Source of the DNA: Verrucomicrobiota bacterium
GTDB taxonomy: Bacteria > Verrucomicrobiota > Verrucomicrobiia > Limisphaerales > AAA164-E04
Length of the DNA stretch: 64,000 nucleotides
Direction: 5' to 3'
Assembly (NCBI GenBank): GCA_047947115.1
Contig: CP170459.1
Location: forward strand, 5,728,001-5,792,000
The position numbers and the translations under genes are program-made. The notes beneath the pieces were generated by a model. The model searched no databases. It was not told the origin of the DNA and saw nothing but the letters and a program-made list of their open reading frames with translations. Shown here in pieces: positions 21,152 to 32,632 of the stretch (the first letter of the stretch is position 1; the number at the start of each line of letters is the position of its first letter).

Positions 21152-22549
21152 ATGCCGGAGAAACAGGTTACAGAAATTGATAAGTCACTGAGAGAGTTGT
21201 TCGAAAAAGGCAAGTTGGCCTACGAACGCAACAATCTGGACTATGCCATCACGCTGTTGCAGTCCGTTCTAAAAAAGGAACCCGCTTTTTACGAATGCCG
21301 TGAAGCGTTGAGAGCCACGCAGTTCAAGAAACAGGACGGCAAGACAAGTTTCTTTCGCAAGATGCTTGGCTCAGCCAGTTCTTCCCCCCAACTTGCCAAG
21401 GCCCAGATAGCTGTCCGAAACAACCCAACCGACGCGCTCGACCTGGCGGAATCCGTCCTGAACGGCGATCCGAACAACATAGCCGCACACAAAACACTCG
21501 CGGCGGCAGCCATGAAACTGGACATGGTAAAAACGGCTGTTTTATCCCTCGAACTCGCATTCAAAAACGCCCCAAAGGACAAGGAAATCGGCATACGCCT
21601 GGGGGAAGCCCTGGTGGCGGCCCGCCAAACGGGGCGTGCCGAAAAAATTCTTAAGGACCTGGCAGCTGAACACCCGGATGACCCCGACTTATACCAGGCC
21701 TACAAAGACGCTTCCGCCAACCATACCATGCAGGCGGGCAAATATGACACATTGGAAGGCGGCGAGGGTTCCTATCGCGACATCCTCAGAAACAAAGATG
21801 AAGCAGTACGACTGGAACAGGAACAACGCACCGTCAAGACCGAAGACGTTGCCGAACGCCTCATTCAGGATCAATTACTGAAAATAGAAGTCGAACCCAA
21901 CAATGTCAAAGCACTCCAAAAGATCGCCGAACTTTACACTCAGAAAAATGATCTCGAAAAAGCGGGCGAATTTTACCAACGCCTGCTCGATTGCACAGAA
22001 GGAATCCCAGACCCGACCATCCAAAAGGATGTGGACAATCTGAAGATCAGGGCCATCGATCACAAAATCCAGGCCTTGGATACGAATGAAGCCGAGTATG
22101 AATCTGTAAAGCAAGCGCTCGAAAAAGAGAAACACGACGTCGCATTCGAGAGCTGCAAAAAGCGATCCGAAAACTATCCCAGCGACCTGGCAATCAAATT
22201 CGAACTCGGCGTGCTGCATTATGAGCGGGAAGAATATAGGGAAGCCATTCAGTTATTTCAAAAAGCACAGGCAAACCCGCATATTCGCATCAAGGCACTG
22301 CACCACTTGGGACGCTGCTTTCTGAAACGCGGCATCCTCGACCTGGCCATCCGCCCCATACAAACCGCCATTGGTGAAAAGGAAATTTTTGACGATCAGC
22401 GCAAGGATTTGTTGTATGACTTGGGTTTGATCTACGAAAAAATGGGCAAACCCGAAGAATCCATAGAACAATTCAAACTCATCTACGAAGTGGACATCGA
22501 CTACAAAGACGTCAGCGACCGAGTCGACCATTATTATGCAAATTTGTAA
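21152..22549 (+). CDS. Tetratricopeptide repeat protein
   Basis: Multiple TPR-pattern helical repeats; C-terminal IYEVDIDYKDV. Confidence 0.85.
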   Translation: MPEKQVTEIDKSLRELFEKGKLAYERNNLDYAITLLQSVLKKEPAFYECREALRATQFKKQDGKTSFFRKMLGSASSSPQLAKAQIAVRNNPTDALDLAESVLNGDPNNIAAHKTLAAAAMKLDMVKTAVLSLELAFKNAPKDKEIGIRLGEALVAARQTGRAEKILKDLAAEHPDDPDLYQAYKDASANHTMQAGKYDTLEGGEGSYRDILRNKDEAVRLEQEQRTVKTEDVAERLIQDQLLKIEVEPNNVKALQKIAELYTQKNDLEKAGEFYQRLLDCTEGIPDPTIQKDVDNLKIRAIDHKIQALDTNEAEYESVKQALEKEKHDVAFESCKKRSENYPSDLAIKFELGVLHYEREEYREAIQLFQKAQANPHIRIKALHHLGRCFLKRGILDLAIRPIQTAIGEKEIFDDQRKDLLYDLGLIYEKMGKPEESIEQFKLIYEVDIDYKDVSDRVDHYYANL

Positions 22550-22585
22550 GTTCTGACGGACCGGAACCCTCAGCTTGTCGACGGT

Positions 22586-23824
22586 TTATTCGTAGCGTAA
22601 TGACTCAATCGGATCCAGATTTGCTGCTTTCATGGCGGGATAGGTTCCAAAGAGAATCCCGACCAGCGAACAAATGAACAACCCTAACAGGATCCAATCC
22701 ACCGGAATGACAACTGGCATCTCCAGGGCATAAGCCACTCCGTTACCGCCAAGGATCCCCAACAACACCCCCAGAACCCCTCCAACCTCACAAAGCACAA
22801 TGGCCTCAACGATAAATTGAGTCATGATGTTGCGTTTCTTGGCGCCAATCGCACGTCGCACACCAATCTCACGCGTACGCTCCGTTACGGAAACAAGCAT
22901 GATGTTCATGATCCCAATCCCTGCCGCGAGCAACGAAATGGAGCTGATCAAAGCCATCCCGACCCGCACCGCGAGGGTGAATGCCTGTAATTGTTTCACG
23001 AGTGAATCATTGGAAAAAATCTCAAAATCATCCTCGTCCCCCGGAGGCACCTTGCGAACGGTTCGAAGGATTCCTCGAACTTCCTCACGAGTATCTTCAA
23101 ATAATTCCCGGCTGGGAGCCTGTACTAAAATCGAAAGGCTTCGCCACCTTGCTCCGTACCTGTTTAATCCCGTGGTCAGTGGAATAATGACGTAATTATC
23201 CTGGTTTCCTCCTAGCATCTGACCTTTCTTTTCCAACACTCCTACCACCCTGTACTTAATCCCATCCAGTTTGACCTCTTCATCCAGGGCAGAACTGTGA
23301 GGAAAGAGAACTTCCGCCAATCCGGCAGCCAGTATGCAGACGGCAAGTGCGCTATCCAGGTCATGTTCCATCAGGGAACGTCCCTGATCCACCACCCAGT
23401 TCTTGGCCGGAAAACTGCCAGGTGTTTCGCCGAACAAGCGGACATTGGGCGGGGAATTCCCATAGCGCGATGTGGCCATGCCACCCCAAAAATCGGTTTC
23501 CAAACCAATGCTTTGGGCTAGAGTCGCGCGCTCATGAAGTTGGATCCCGTCGCCATAAGAGATGTCGCGTCGCCTCCAGAATTTCTCGAAATCCGTCACA
23601 CCGAAGAAGGCACCTGGAAACTTTCGAATTTGAAAGGAATTCGCTCCCAGCTGGCTGAGTTGCGATTCAATGTTGCTCTGCAACACGCGCACAGCGGTCA
23701 TGACAACGATGATGGAAAACACCCCAATCATCACACCCAACAATGTCAGTGCGGATCGCAGTTTGTGTCCTGCAATGGCAGCAAGCGCCATCAAGACGTT
23801 TTCCTTGAATTCATGAATCAACAT
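22586..23824 (-). CDS. MacB/FtsX-family ABC transporter permease
   Basis: [40 protein letters not shown]. Confidence 0.93.
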   Translation of the reverse strand: MLIHEFKENVLMALAAIAGHKLRSALTLLGVMIGVFSIIVVMTAVRVLQSNIESQLSQLGANSFQIRKFPGAFFGVTDFEKFWRRRDISYGDGIQLHERATLAQSIGLETDFWGGMATSRYGNSPPNVRLFGETPGSFPAKNWVVDQGRSLMEHDLDSALAVCILAAGLAEVLFPHSSALDEEVKLDGIKYRVVGVLEKKGQMLGGNQDNYVIIPLTTGLNRYGARWRSLSILVQAPSRELFEDTREEVRGILRTVRKVPPGDEDDFEIFSNDSLVKQLQAFTLAVRVGMALISSISLLAAGIGIMNIMLVSVTERTREIGVRRAIGAKKRNIMTQFIVEAIVLCEVGGVLGVLLGILGGNGVAYALEMPVVIPVDWILLGLFICSLVGILFGTYPAMKAANLDPIESLRYE

Positions 23825-23865
23825 GCCAAATCAATACTCCATAAAAGCCAAATCTCACGGGTATG

Positions 23866-25095
23866 CTACTCACTTCGCAAAGCATCCACGGGATCCATTT
23901 TCGCGGCGCGCCATGCAGGAATGAATCCCGAAATCAAACCTGTAGCAAGCGAAACCAGGATGGCCAGCGCCACCACCGACAAGGGCATGGAACCTCCCAA
24001 CCTGCTTTTCAACGCAAGGCTGATCGGAAAGGCGATTCCCAGACCTATCAATCCACCGATCAAACAAATCACCGCAGCTTCGATCAAAAACTGGGCAAGA
24101 ATGGCCCGTCGCTTGGCTCCAATCGCCTTTCGAATACCGATCTCACGAGTACGCTCAGCAACGGAAACCAGCATGATGTTCATGATCCCGATACCGCCAA
24201 CGAACAAGGACAACCCGGTAATGAACAACCCTGCGCTGCCGATCACGGTCAACACTCGATTGAAGGCATCGAGAAACTGATCCTGTTGGTTGATGGCAAA
24301 ATCATCCGGCTCCCCGGGACGCACACCTCGTATTCGACGAAAGGTACTTCGCAATTCCTCCTTGGCCGATTCCATTCGTTCGAGGTCGCCCACTTTGACC
24401 TGTACGGACAGATCCGGATTTGACCAGAACTGATAGCGCCACTGCTCGAGAGGGATGATGACAATGTTATCCGCTCCCATGTCCCCAAACAACCCTCCCT
24501 GTTTTTCGAGAACACCGACCACGGAAAACGGTTTTTCTCCGACCCGCATCGTTTCTCCGATGGGACGGTTGATCAGAAAGAGGTTGGAAGAAACGTTGGC
24601 GCCGATCACACAAACCGGGCGACCGCCATCCGATTCCGCACGACTGAAAAATCTTCCGTCGGCAATCAGGGAACCACTGGTCTTGAGATATTGTTCGGTG
24701 GTGCCTATCACCTGCACACCGCTGGATTTGCGTCCTTCGTAAGTGACCGACAGACCCATTTGCGCAACAGGCGCCACGGCTTCGGACAAGGCGAGTTCGG
24801 ATTCCAGATCACTTACCTGATCATGGGTGATATGTTCGCGCTTACGTGCATTCAGCCATTCCTGCTCGGAACTAAAAAACCAATTAAACCGCTGAACGTG
24901 GTAAACATCGGTTCCGAAATTGGAAATCACCTTCAAAAAAGAGGCTCGAAAGCCGGCAATGGCCGTCCCCATCAGGGTCACGGTCATAATACCGATCACA
25001 ATACCTAGCGTGGTGAGTACCGAACGCAGCTTGTTGGACCGGATGGCGTCCCAGGCGATCACCAATCCCTCAGATAGCTCATTGAGAAAGTTCAT
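23866..25095 (-). CDS. MacB/FtsX-family ABC transporter permease
   Basis: [40 protein letters not shown]. Confidence 0.93.
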   Translation of the reverse strand: MNFLNELSEGLVIAWDAIRSNKLRSVLTTLGIVIGIMTVTLMGTAIAGFRASFLKVISNFGTDVYHVQRFNWFFSSEQEWLNARKREHITHDQVSDLESELALSEAVAPVAQMGLSVTYEGRKSSGVQVIGTTEQYLKTSGSLIADGRFFSRAESDGGRPVCVIGANVSSNLFLINRPIGETMRVGEKPFSVVGVLEKQGGLFGDMGADNIVIIPLEQWRYQFWSNPDLSVQVKVGDLERMESAKEELRSTFRRIRGVRPGEPDDFAINQQDQFLDAFNRVLTVIGSAGLFITGLSLFVGGIGIMNIMLVSVAERTREIGIRKAIGAKRRAILAQFLIEAAVICLIGGLIGLGIAFPISLALKSRLGGSMPLSVVALAILVSLATGLISGFIPAWRAAKMDPVDALRSE

Positions 25096-25805
25096 AACGA
25101 CACTGAACTATTCGATCCACTGCCACCCGTGGGTTCATCGCTGGCGATCATGCCATCCCGGATCCGGATGATACGCCTTGAACGCATGGCCACCTCTTTC
25201 TCATGTGTCACGACGATGATCGTGTTTCCTTTACGGGAAAGATCATCAAACAATTGAAGAATCTCTTCGCCGGTTTTGGAATCCAGATTTCCGGTGGGTT
25301 CATCGGCAAGGATGATGGATGGATTCGTCACCAATGCACGTGCAATGGCGACGCGTTGACGTTGCCCGCCGGAAAGTTCGTTGGGTTTATGGAGTTTCCG
25401 ATCCGCCAGGCTTACCTGTTTCAATGCGGCATCAGCCGCCTCGCGCCGCCTTTCGAACTTCACTCCTGCATAGATCAAAGGAAGCTCGACGTTGTGAAGT
25501 GCTGTAGAGCGTGGTAGCAGATTGAATGTCTGGAAAACAAACCCGATTTCGCGATTGCGTATATCCGCCAACTCGTTGTCATCCAGATCACTGACATCGT
25601 GGCCGTTCAACTCATAGGATCCTGAGGATGGGGTATCGAGGCACCCAATCAAGTTCATGAGCGTCGACTTGCCGGAACCGGAGGGGCCCATGATGGAGAC
25701 ATATTCCCCCCGTTCAATACTCAACGAGACGCCTCGCAGGGCATGCACCACTTCACTGCCCATTTCATAACGCCGAGCCAATTGGTCTATACGGATCAGG
25801 CTCAC
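25092..25805 (-). CDS. MacB/LolD-family ABC ATP-binding protein
   Basis: [30 protein letters not shown]. Confidence 0.95.
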   Translation of the reverse strand: MSLIRIDQLARRYEMGSEVVHALRGVSLSIERGEYVSIMGPSGSGKSTLMNLIGCLDTPSSGSYELNGHDVSDLDDNELADIRNREIGFVFQTFNLLPRSTALHNVELPLIYAGVKFERRREAADAALKQVSLADRKLHKPNELSGGQRQRVAIARALVTNPSIILADEPTGNLDSKTGEEILQLFDDLSRKGNTIIVVTHEKEVAMRSRRIIRIRDGMIASDEPTGGSGSNSSVSL

Positions 25806-25812
25806 ATCAAGA

Positions 25813-27153
25813 TTATTTGAGGTTGGGAGGCGTTGACGGACCGCCCTTCACGATCTTTTTACCATCCTGCAATTCACGGCTGATGGCCAGGAATCCTCCT
25901 ATCACAATTTCCCGGCCTTCCTCCAATCCGTCTTCAATTTCAAAATAGCCATTGTCACTGACCCCCAGCGTGACGGACTGCTGTCGGACCTTGTCGCCAT
26001 CCACTACAAAGACGACCTCAATGGGTTTATTGGAGTCCTTATCCTGCTTCACGTCGTCTTGATTTTTCATTTTTGCCGGAAGAGTGGCTTCATTGGGATC
26101 CTTGGCCTCGGCTTCTTTGGATTCAAGAGCTGCGTTTTCTTCGTGCGACTTGTCCTCCTGTTTGGGTTTTGGAGGGCGAGTGGTGACGCTGGCGATAGGG
26201 ACTGCAAGCACACCCTCGCGATACCTCGTCTCGACATCCGCAGTGACCGACATGCCCGGGCGGAAATTTGCTTTCTCCTTGATGTGGATTTTGACTTCGA
26301 ATCGTGTGGCATCCTGACTCTGCCCACCTGCATTGCGAGCGGCATTGGCGATTTCAGTAACGATGCCTGTAAACTCCTTTTCCCGGAATGCGTCCACCTC
26401 CAGCCTGGCCTTCTGTCCCAATTCAATCAGAACAATGTCCATTTCACCGATATCCACACGAGCCTCCATTTCATTGAGATCCACGATAGACATCACGTCG
26501 GTCCCCGCCATCTGAGCCGTGCCGACCACACGTTCTCCCAACTTGGAATTCAACTGACTAACCGTACCGTCGATGGGAGACACAATGGTAGTCTTGGCCA
26601 ATTCTTCCTCGGATCGCGCGAGAGAAGCTTTGGCCATTTCGACTCGATGCATGGATGATTGGACATTCGCCTGGGCAATCTCGCAAGATGTTTGGATATC
26701 CATGAAGAGTGATTCAGAAATCAATTCGTCTTCAAACAGCTTTTTGTTGCGTTCAAGTTCTGCTTTTGCTTTGGCCAGATTCGCATTGGCGGTCACCTGA
26801 TCGGATAAAGATGATTTGTAATTCGCTTCGGCGGAATTCCGATTTGCCACATAAAAATCCGGCTTAATCCTCAGCAACAGATCGCCCTTGCGCACAATTT
26901 GGCCTTCCTTGACAGGCAATTCGATGATTTCGCCGCTGACTTCCGGACTAATTTTGACGGACAAAACAGGTTGAACACGTCCATTGGCAACCACAACTTC
27001 AGTGATATCCCGTCGTTCCACCTTACCCGTCTGAACGCTGACAACGTCATCTTTCTTACGCAGGAAGGCGGCAAGGAAAATCCCCCCCACAGCCACGAGC
27101 ATGACCGACAAGATGATCCATTTGCGCTTTCGTTTCTTACTTTTTACAGGCAT
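25813..27153 (-). CDS. MacA-like periplasmic adaptor (membrane fusion protein)
   Basis: N-terminal TM, lipoyl halves ([19 protein letters not shown]), coiled-coil hairpin. Confidence 0.92.
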   Translation of the reverse strand: MPVKSKKRKRKWIILSVMLVAVGGIFLAAFLRKKDDVVSVQTGKVERRDITEVVVANGRVQPVLSVKISPEVSGEIIELPVKEGQIVRKGDLLLRIKPDFYVANRNSAEANYKSSLSDQVTANANLAKAKAELERNKKLFEDELISESLFMDIQTSCEIAQANVQSSMHRVEMAKASLARSEEELAKTTIVSPIDGTVSQLNSKLGERVVGTAQMAGTDVMSIVDLNEMEARVDIGEMDIVLIELGQKARLEVDAFREKEFTGIVTEIANAARNAGGQSQDATRFEVKIHIKEKANFRPGMSVTADVETRYREGVLAVPIASVTTRPPKPKQEDKSHEENAALESKEAEAKDPNEATLPAKMKNQDDVKQDKDSNKPIEVVFVVDGDKVRQQSVTLGVSDNGYFEIEDGLEEGREIVIGGFLAISRELQDGKKIVKGGPSTPPNLK

Positions 27154-27202
27154 GTCGATATATGATAGCAAATCCTATTAAAGCTTTGTGATGAAATAAT
27201 TC

Positions 27203-27638
27203 TCAAGATTTGGCTTCACCTCGTTTGAACACGGCGGCGCCAATGGCCCCTCCAATCAATCCGGATAAACAAGCAAACACCGTAGATGCAACAAATCCAA
27301 TAACAATGTTCTTCAAGCTCAGGCCTTCAGCCTTTTGTTGTTCCAATGCAAGTCTGGTCTGCTCAACGGCTTTCTCACCCCCGAGTTTTTCTGCCAAGGT
27401 CAAAGAAACCCATTCACTTTCCCTGGCCCCTACCTGGTAATCAAAACCAAGATACAACCCAATGGCCACCAAAGGAGTGAGAGCGCTCAGCCTGTTGATG
27501 GCAAACATTTGAAAACAAATGGTTCAGTACGCTGTGAGGCATCCAGGCGGACAGAATAGATAGCATCACGATGAAACCAAACAAGGTTCCAAGCAACATC
27601 CCTGCGATCAGCTGGGGGAAATGATTGTTGTCTTTCAC
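27203..27638 (-). pseudogene. Probable frameshifted DUF2085-like membrane protein remnant
   Basis: One frame gives FSNVCHQQAERSHSFGGH, another continues IGLYLGF; the usual CARC between them is missing. Confidence 0.5.
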
Positions 27639-27976
27639 TGTTAACCCGCCTTGAAGGCCTTCACCCAAATCTTCCTCAACGTTTTCTCGAAAATGGACAA
27701 ACACGGTTTTCTAGACGGCAATACCATTCTTTACACCGGCATGCTCAAATTTGTTACAACCGATTAAAGATTCCAAAAACTCTCACCCCCCAGCCAACCT
27801 GCTTCCTATTGAAGGACTGAACATTACCCTCCCCTCACATCAAGCAGCCGCTACGGTTCATTTTCAATTCTGAGAAAGGTATCGGGAATGCTTCTACTTT
27901 GACTGCAAGCAAGTTGGACCGACGCATGAAGTCCAGCTGAGCGGAATCCGAACATAGAGAAACAATCTGATAGAAG

Positions 27977-28588
27977 TTGATGAACGACCCTTCGGCCATA
28001 TCACAAGCAAAGACCAAGGCATCCTGCGGAGAATACAATACGCTTCAGGCAGCATTCAAAGATGCGCACCAAGAGGCGACGGATTGGACGCCAGCAGAAC
28101 AGGAATATTTAAGCCGGAATGAATCCTCAGATACATCCAGACCAACGGACTCAACCGTTCCTCTAAGAAAGCATCAGCCTAAGAACCACATGCATGCAAA
28201 CCATCTCCCCCAATCAGATGACGTAAACTCCGGTTTATTGCTTCGGAACAACCATGAACAACGACCATCAAGCCACTCGATACACGGCGCGGAGAAAATC
28301 CCCTTCTTCGGCTTGGTGTTTACCATTCCCTTCATGATCCTCTTGGGTGAACCATCGTTCTTCATTGCCGGAGCTGTCTTCCTGATCGCCATCATAAGGA
28401 TGATTTACGCCGGATTCAAAATCACCCCGGTCTGGGGGATTCTCAATGTATGCGGTTTCTATTTCCCGATCCTCTGGCTGGCATACGGGATTCTGAACTG
28501 GCATCGCGCAAAAAGAGAGTTCTTGTTCGCCGCCGCCGCCGCAGGATGCATCTTTTACTTGCATCAAATAAAAGGCCTCAGCCTGTAG
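27977..28588 (+). CDS. Hypothetical membrane protein
   Basis: Polar N-terminal half, about four C-terminal hydrophobic segments; start uncertain. Confidence 0.5.
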   Translation: MMNDPSAISQAKTKASCGEYNTLQAAFKDAHQEATDWTPAEQEYLSRNESSDTSRPTDSTVPLRKHQPKNHMHANHLPQSDDVNSGLLLRNNHEQRPSSHSIHGAEKIPFFGLVFTIPFMILLGEPSFFIAGAVFLIAIIRMIYAGFKITPVWGILNVCGFYFPILWLAYGILNWHRAKREFLFAAAAAGCIFYLHQIKGLSL

Positions 28589-28595
28589 ACACCGC

Positions 28596-29522
28596 TCAAC
28601 AGATTGGCTTGATGGGAAAACCGTTCAGGTGCTTATTTTGGATAGAAGCCACGCAAAGGTGCAAAAACGATTCCTCCATGGCATCCAAAGCATTTTGCTT
28701 TCGATGCACCACACCCCACCGCCTGCGCAGCACCTCCGATCCGGACGGGAAACACAACAATTGTCCAGAGTCAATTTCGCTTTTGGCCACCCAAGCCGGC
28801 ATCAAACCGATCCCCTGCCCAAGTTTTACAAAGGCCTTGATCGCTTCCATGCTCCCCATAAACGTGACGGATCGGGGTGAAAAATTCTTTTGTTTGAAAA
28901 AGGTTTCCACCAAACGACAGGTGTAACTCCCCTGATCGAAAATAACAAACCGCTGACGACGAACCGCTTCATCACCCAACTCTGGAGAAGCTTCCCACCG
29001 CAGCAAAGGGGACACAATCCAGGATAATTCGTCGGAAAAAACGGGTTGAAATTCGAGTTGAGATTCATTTTCAGGTTCCAGACTAAAAGCAATATCCACA
29101 TCACCTCGACGCAACGCTGTCATGATGACGGGGGCGTTGCCTGTAAGGATGCTGATAGTGCAGTGGGGATAACACTCGTTGAGTTCTCGTAAAACTTCTG
29201 GAATAAAACATACGGAAGCGGAAACACTGGCACCAATCGAAAACCGGCTTCGCCCCCACTTTCCTGCCTCACTGACGGCCTGCCGGGCCTCCTTCATCAA
29301 GCTCTCAATTTGTTGAGCATGCTCCAACAAACTGACCGCGGCATCTGTCAATACCATGCGTTTTCCCACCTTCTTGAACAACGTACAGGCAAGATCCTCC
29401 TCCAAATCTTTGATGGAGTGGCTGATGGTGGACTGAACTGTGTTTAAACTCCGAGCCGCATCCGTATAACTTTCGCAATGAGCCACCGTCAAAAAAACCT
29501 TTAACTTACGACTATCAATCAT
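28596..29522 (-). CDS. LysR family transcriptional regulator
   Basis: SYTDAARSLNTVQSTISHSIKDLEEDL..LF HTH, LT.A, substrate-binding domain; divergent from the nitrate operon. Confidence 0.94.
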   Translation of the reverse strand: MIDSRKLKVFLTVAHCESYTDAARSLNTVQSTISHSIKDLEEDLACTLFKKVGKRMVLTDAAVSLLEHAQQIESLMKEARQAVSEAGKWGRSRFSIGASVSASVCFIPEVLRELNECYPHCTISILTGNAPVIMTALRRGDVDIAFSLEPENESQLEFQPVFSDELSWIVSPLLRWEASPELGDEAVRRQRFVIFDQGSYTCRLVETFFKQKNFSPRSVTFMGSMEAIKAFVKLGQGIGLMPAWVAKSEIDSGQLLCFPSGSEVLRRRWGVVHRKQNALDAMEESFLHLCVASIQNKHLNGFPIKPIC

Positions 29523-29929
29523 TCTCGATAACCTGAATAAATCCCTTTTACGTGCCTAGGTGGTGGTATCCCAGCAGTCACCACCAGTGTGAGGTCATTA
29601 GCAGATCTTGTTCCACGGCTCTGAAGGATACTTCTGAGCCCATTGTCTGAATCAATCGCAACACCCTGGTCAAAATTCAACATCGGACCGTCTTTTTTGA
29701 TTCAGCAGTCAAAGTGCTTTCAGGGATTGGCATGCGAGAGCATACATCAAACCTATGCCCCAACAGGGTGCCAGTTCGGATTCAATATTGGTCTTCCTGC
29801 TCATTATCTGTCACTTAAGCCACCCATCACAATTCTTCACATCGTCCATTCAATTATTTCAACCCGACAATGATGTGATTTCAGGGCTGTGGTACCCCCA
29901 CTGCTAAACCCTGTCGCAGAGAAAAAGTC

Positions 29930-31012
29930 ATGGACCTCCTCATCAAAAAATCTTCACAAAGCATGATTCGGATAGGCTTCGTACCGCTCAATGATGCCGC
30001 ACCCTTTCTGATGGCCCAGGAACTGGACTTGTTCGGGGATTATGGTCTGAACGTTCAACTCAGCCGAGAGCTGGGCTGGGCTTCCATTCGGGACAAAGTG
30101 GCTACGGGTGAGTTGACCGCTGCTCAATCGATACTGGGGCTTCCCATGGCCATGTTTTCTCCTGAAAGTCCGTCTTCCTCCCAACCGTTTATTGCCCCCC
30201 TCATCACCAGTCTACAAGGCAACGCAATCACCATCGCCAAACATTTTCGAGATGAAGGATACCAAACACCTCGCTCAATAATGCATTGGCATCGCGACAA
30301 AGGCACTGCACGGCCACTGACTTTCGCCATCGTATCACGATACTCAAGCCATCACATACTGATAAGGCAGTGGCTGAAAAGTGATGGCATCGATCCCGAT
30401 ACGGATGTCAATCTGGTCGTCCTGCCTCCACCACAAATGGTTCACCACCTGAAAGCAGGCCATATTGATGGCTATTGCGTTGGAGAACCATGGAATTCGA
30501 TCGGCATCATGGCTGGGAGCGGCTTTTGCGTGGCGACCAGTGCGGAAATTTCACCTTATCACCCGGAAAAATTACTCATGATTTCCAGGCAATTTGCCGA
30601 ATCGAACAAAGACCAATGTGTCAGACTCGTCGCCGCAGTGTTGGAGGCTTGCAGACTGTGCAACCAGCCATCTTCATTGGACATGATGAGCCGGGTATTG
30701 GCACGCCATGATTATTTGAATCTATCACCTGACATCCTACAGGATACCCTTACCGGAACAATTATCCGCCAAAACAATTCCAAATTGGATACTTCCAGGG
30801 ATTTCATCGTGTTCAGCGGAGAAAGGGTCAATGTGCCCTGCTCCCGAAAACGCAATTGGATTGGAAAGCATTTAACCGAGATCGGATTGCTGAAATTGCC
30901 AGAGTCATCCAAAGCTTCGTTACTCAATACCATTTATTCCGAAAAACTTTATCAGTCTGCCACGGCACTAACGGAAGCATCCGCCATCCCCCCTCAACCG
31001 TCTGCAGCGTGA
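29930..31012 (+). CDS. Cytoplasmic NrtA/CmpA-like protein (NasS-like nitrate sensor)
   Basis: [38 protein letters not shown]; no signal peptide. Confidence 0.82.
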   Translation: MDLLIKKSSQSMIRIGFVPLNDAAPFLMAQELDLFGDYGLNVQLSRELGWASIRDKVATGELTAAQSILGLPMAMFSPESPSSSQPFIAPLITSLQGNAITIAKHFRDEGYQTPRSIMHWHRDKGTARPLTFAIVSRYSSHHILIRQWLKSDGIDPDTDVNLVVLPPPQMVHHLKAGHIDGYCVGEPWNSIGIMAGSGFCVATSAEISPYHPEKLLMISRQFAESNKDQCVRLVAAVLEACRLCNQPSSLDMMSRVLARHDYLNLSPDILQDTLTGTIIRQNNSKLDTSRDFIVFSGERVNVPCSRKRNWIGKHLTEIGLLKLPESSKASLLNTIYSEKLYQSATALTEASAIPPQPSAA

Positions 31013-31079
31013 ATTTGCCCTGATGCGTTTTAAACAAAACGAGGAAGGGTTTGTGAACCCATAAAGCGAAAGAAAACAC

Positions 31080-32549
31080 ATGACATCCATACAATATATC
31101 ACCACACATTCCAATAGAGTGCGCAAAAAGCACAAAAAGGGGCGACTGTATACATTATCAATCATCTACATTGCATGTCTCGGCATGCTCGGGGGCATCA
31201 CCCATAAGGTCCACGGAGAACTGCTGGATGTGGAAAAAGATGAACTCACTTTCGGTTTCATCAAGCTCACCGACTGCGCCCCTTTGGTCATTGCCAAAGA
31301 AAAATTGTTCTTCGAGGAAGAAGGCTTGGATGTCAAATTGGAAGCCCAGGCGAATTGGAAAATCCTTCTGGACCGTGTGATCAGTGGGGAACTGGATGGC
31401 GCGCACATGCTGGCAGGCCAGCCCATCGGCGCCACCATCGGATTCGGCACACAAGCTCATATCATCACTCCATACAGTCTTGATTACAATGGAAATGGCA
31501 TCACTGTTTCCAACGAATTGTGGGAACGAATGCAGTCAAATGATGAAGCCCTGAAGTCCCCCACCCCCAAGCACCCCATCACGGCAGACTCGCTGAAACC
31601 TGAGGTGGAAGCTCGCAAGACCAAAGGAGACACCATGCGCATGGGGATGGTGTTTCCAGTCTCAACACACAACTATGAAATCCGGTACTGGCTTGCAGCT
31701 GCAGGAATTCGTCCTGGCTATTATCTGGATATCGCGTCGGGAGCCATTGATACCACCGGCACAACGGATGCGGATGTGCTGCTATCAGTGACACCTCCCC
31801 CGCAAATGCCGGCAACGCTGGAAGCGAAAACAATCGACGGATACTGTGTAGGCGAGCCATGGAACCAACAAGCCGTCGCGCGCGGAATAGGTGTACCCGT
31901 CACCACCAATTATGACATTTGGAAAAACAACCCGGAAAAGGTCTTTGGCGTAACCAGTCAATGGGCCAAGGAGAATCCGAACACCATCATTGCGATTACC
32001 AAGGCACTGATACGAGCAGGCATGTGGCTTGATGAACAGGATTCAAGTGGAGTTTACAAAAACCGTCATGAAGCTGCGCGCATACTCTCACGTCCGGAAT
32101 ATGTCGGTGCGGATTATGCCGTCATTAAGAACAGCATGACGGGATACTTCTATTTCCAATCCACAGACAAACGCCCCATGCCGGACTTCAACGTCTTCTT
32201 CAATCATCACGCGAGTTACCCATGGTACAGCGACTGTGTATGGTTCCTCACCCAGATGCGACGTTGGGGCCAAATTCCACAATCCAAATCAGCAAGTTGG
32301 TATCACGAGACGGCAAAAAAAATCTACCGCCCGGATATCTACATGGCTGCAGCAAAACACTTGATGGAGGAGGACTACATGAAAAAGGAACAACTTCCCG
32401 CCATCGACGAAGATGATACCTGGGCAGGGTATCGTCCCCCCACGAACGATTTCATTGATGGCAATCATTACGATGCCCGCAAACCCATCGAATACATCAA
32501 CAGCTTCAAAATCGGCATCAAGGAAGAAATCCAATTGAGCAAGCAGTAA
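31080..32549 (+). CDS. nrtA: Nitrate/nitrite ABC transporter substrate-binding protein
   Basis: [51 protein letters not shown]; signal peptide. Confidence 0.9.
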   Translation: MTSIQYITTHSNRVRKKHKKGRLYTLSIIYIACLGMLGGITHKVHGELLDVEKDELTFGFIKLTDCAPLVIAKEKLFFEEEGLDVKLEAQANWKILLDRVISGELDGAHMLAGQPIGATIGFGTQAHIITPYSLDYNGNGITVSNELWERMQSNDEALKSPTPKHPITADSLKPEVEARKTKGDTMRMGMVFPVSTHNYEIRYWLAAAGIRPGYYLDIASGAIDTTGTTDADVLLSVTPPPQMPATLEAKTIDGYCVGEPWNQQAVARGIGVPVTTNYDIWKNNPEKVFGVTSQWAKENPNTIIAITKALIRAGMWLDEQDSSGVYKNRHEAARILSRPEYVGADYAVIKNSMTGYFYFQSTDKRPMPDFNVFFNHHASYPWYSDCVWFLTQMRRWGQIPQSKSASWYHETAKKIYRPDIYMAAAKHLMEEDYMKKEQLPAIDEDDTWAGYRPPTNDFIDGNHYDARKPIEYINSFKIGIKEEIQLSKQ

Positions 32550-32632
32550 CGCATTCAACTGCACAAGGCCAGCTACCCGAACTTGGACAAAAAATTACCA
32601 GAGCACACACACGCAAAAACCAACAAGAATTC

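Noticed and set aside
29728..29743. Sigma54-like TGGCATGCGAGAGCA upstream of the nitrate operon
   Set aside because: GG-to-GC spacing is 9 nt rather than the required 10.
29866..29877. ANTAR-like hexaloop (AC-AATGAT-GT)
   Set aside because: Only a 2-bp stem, with no second hairpin or overlapping terminator.
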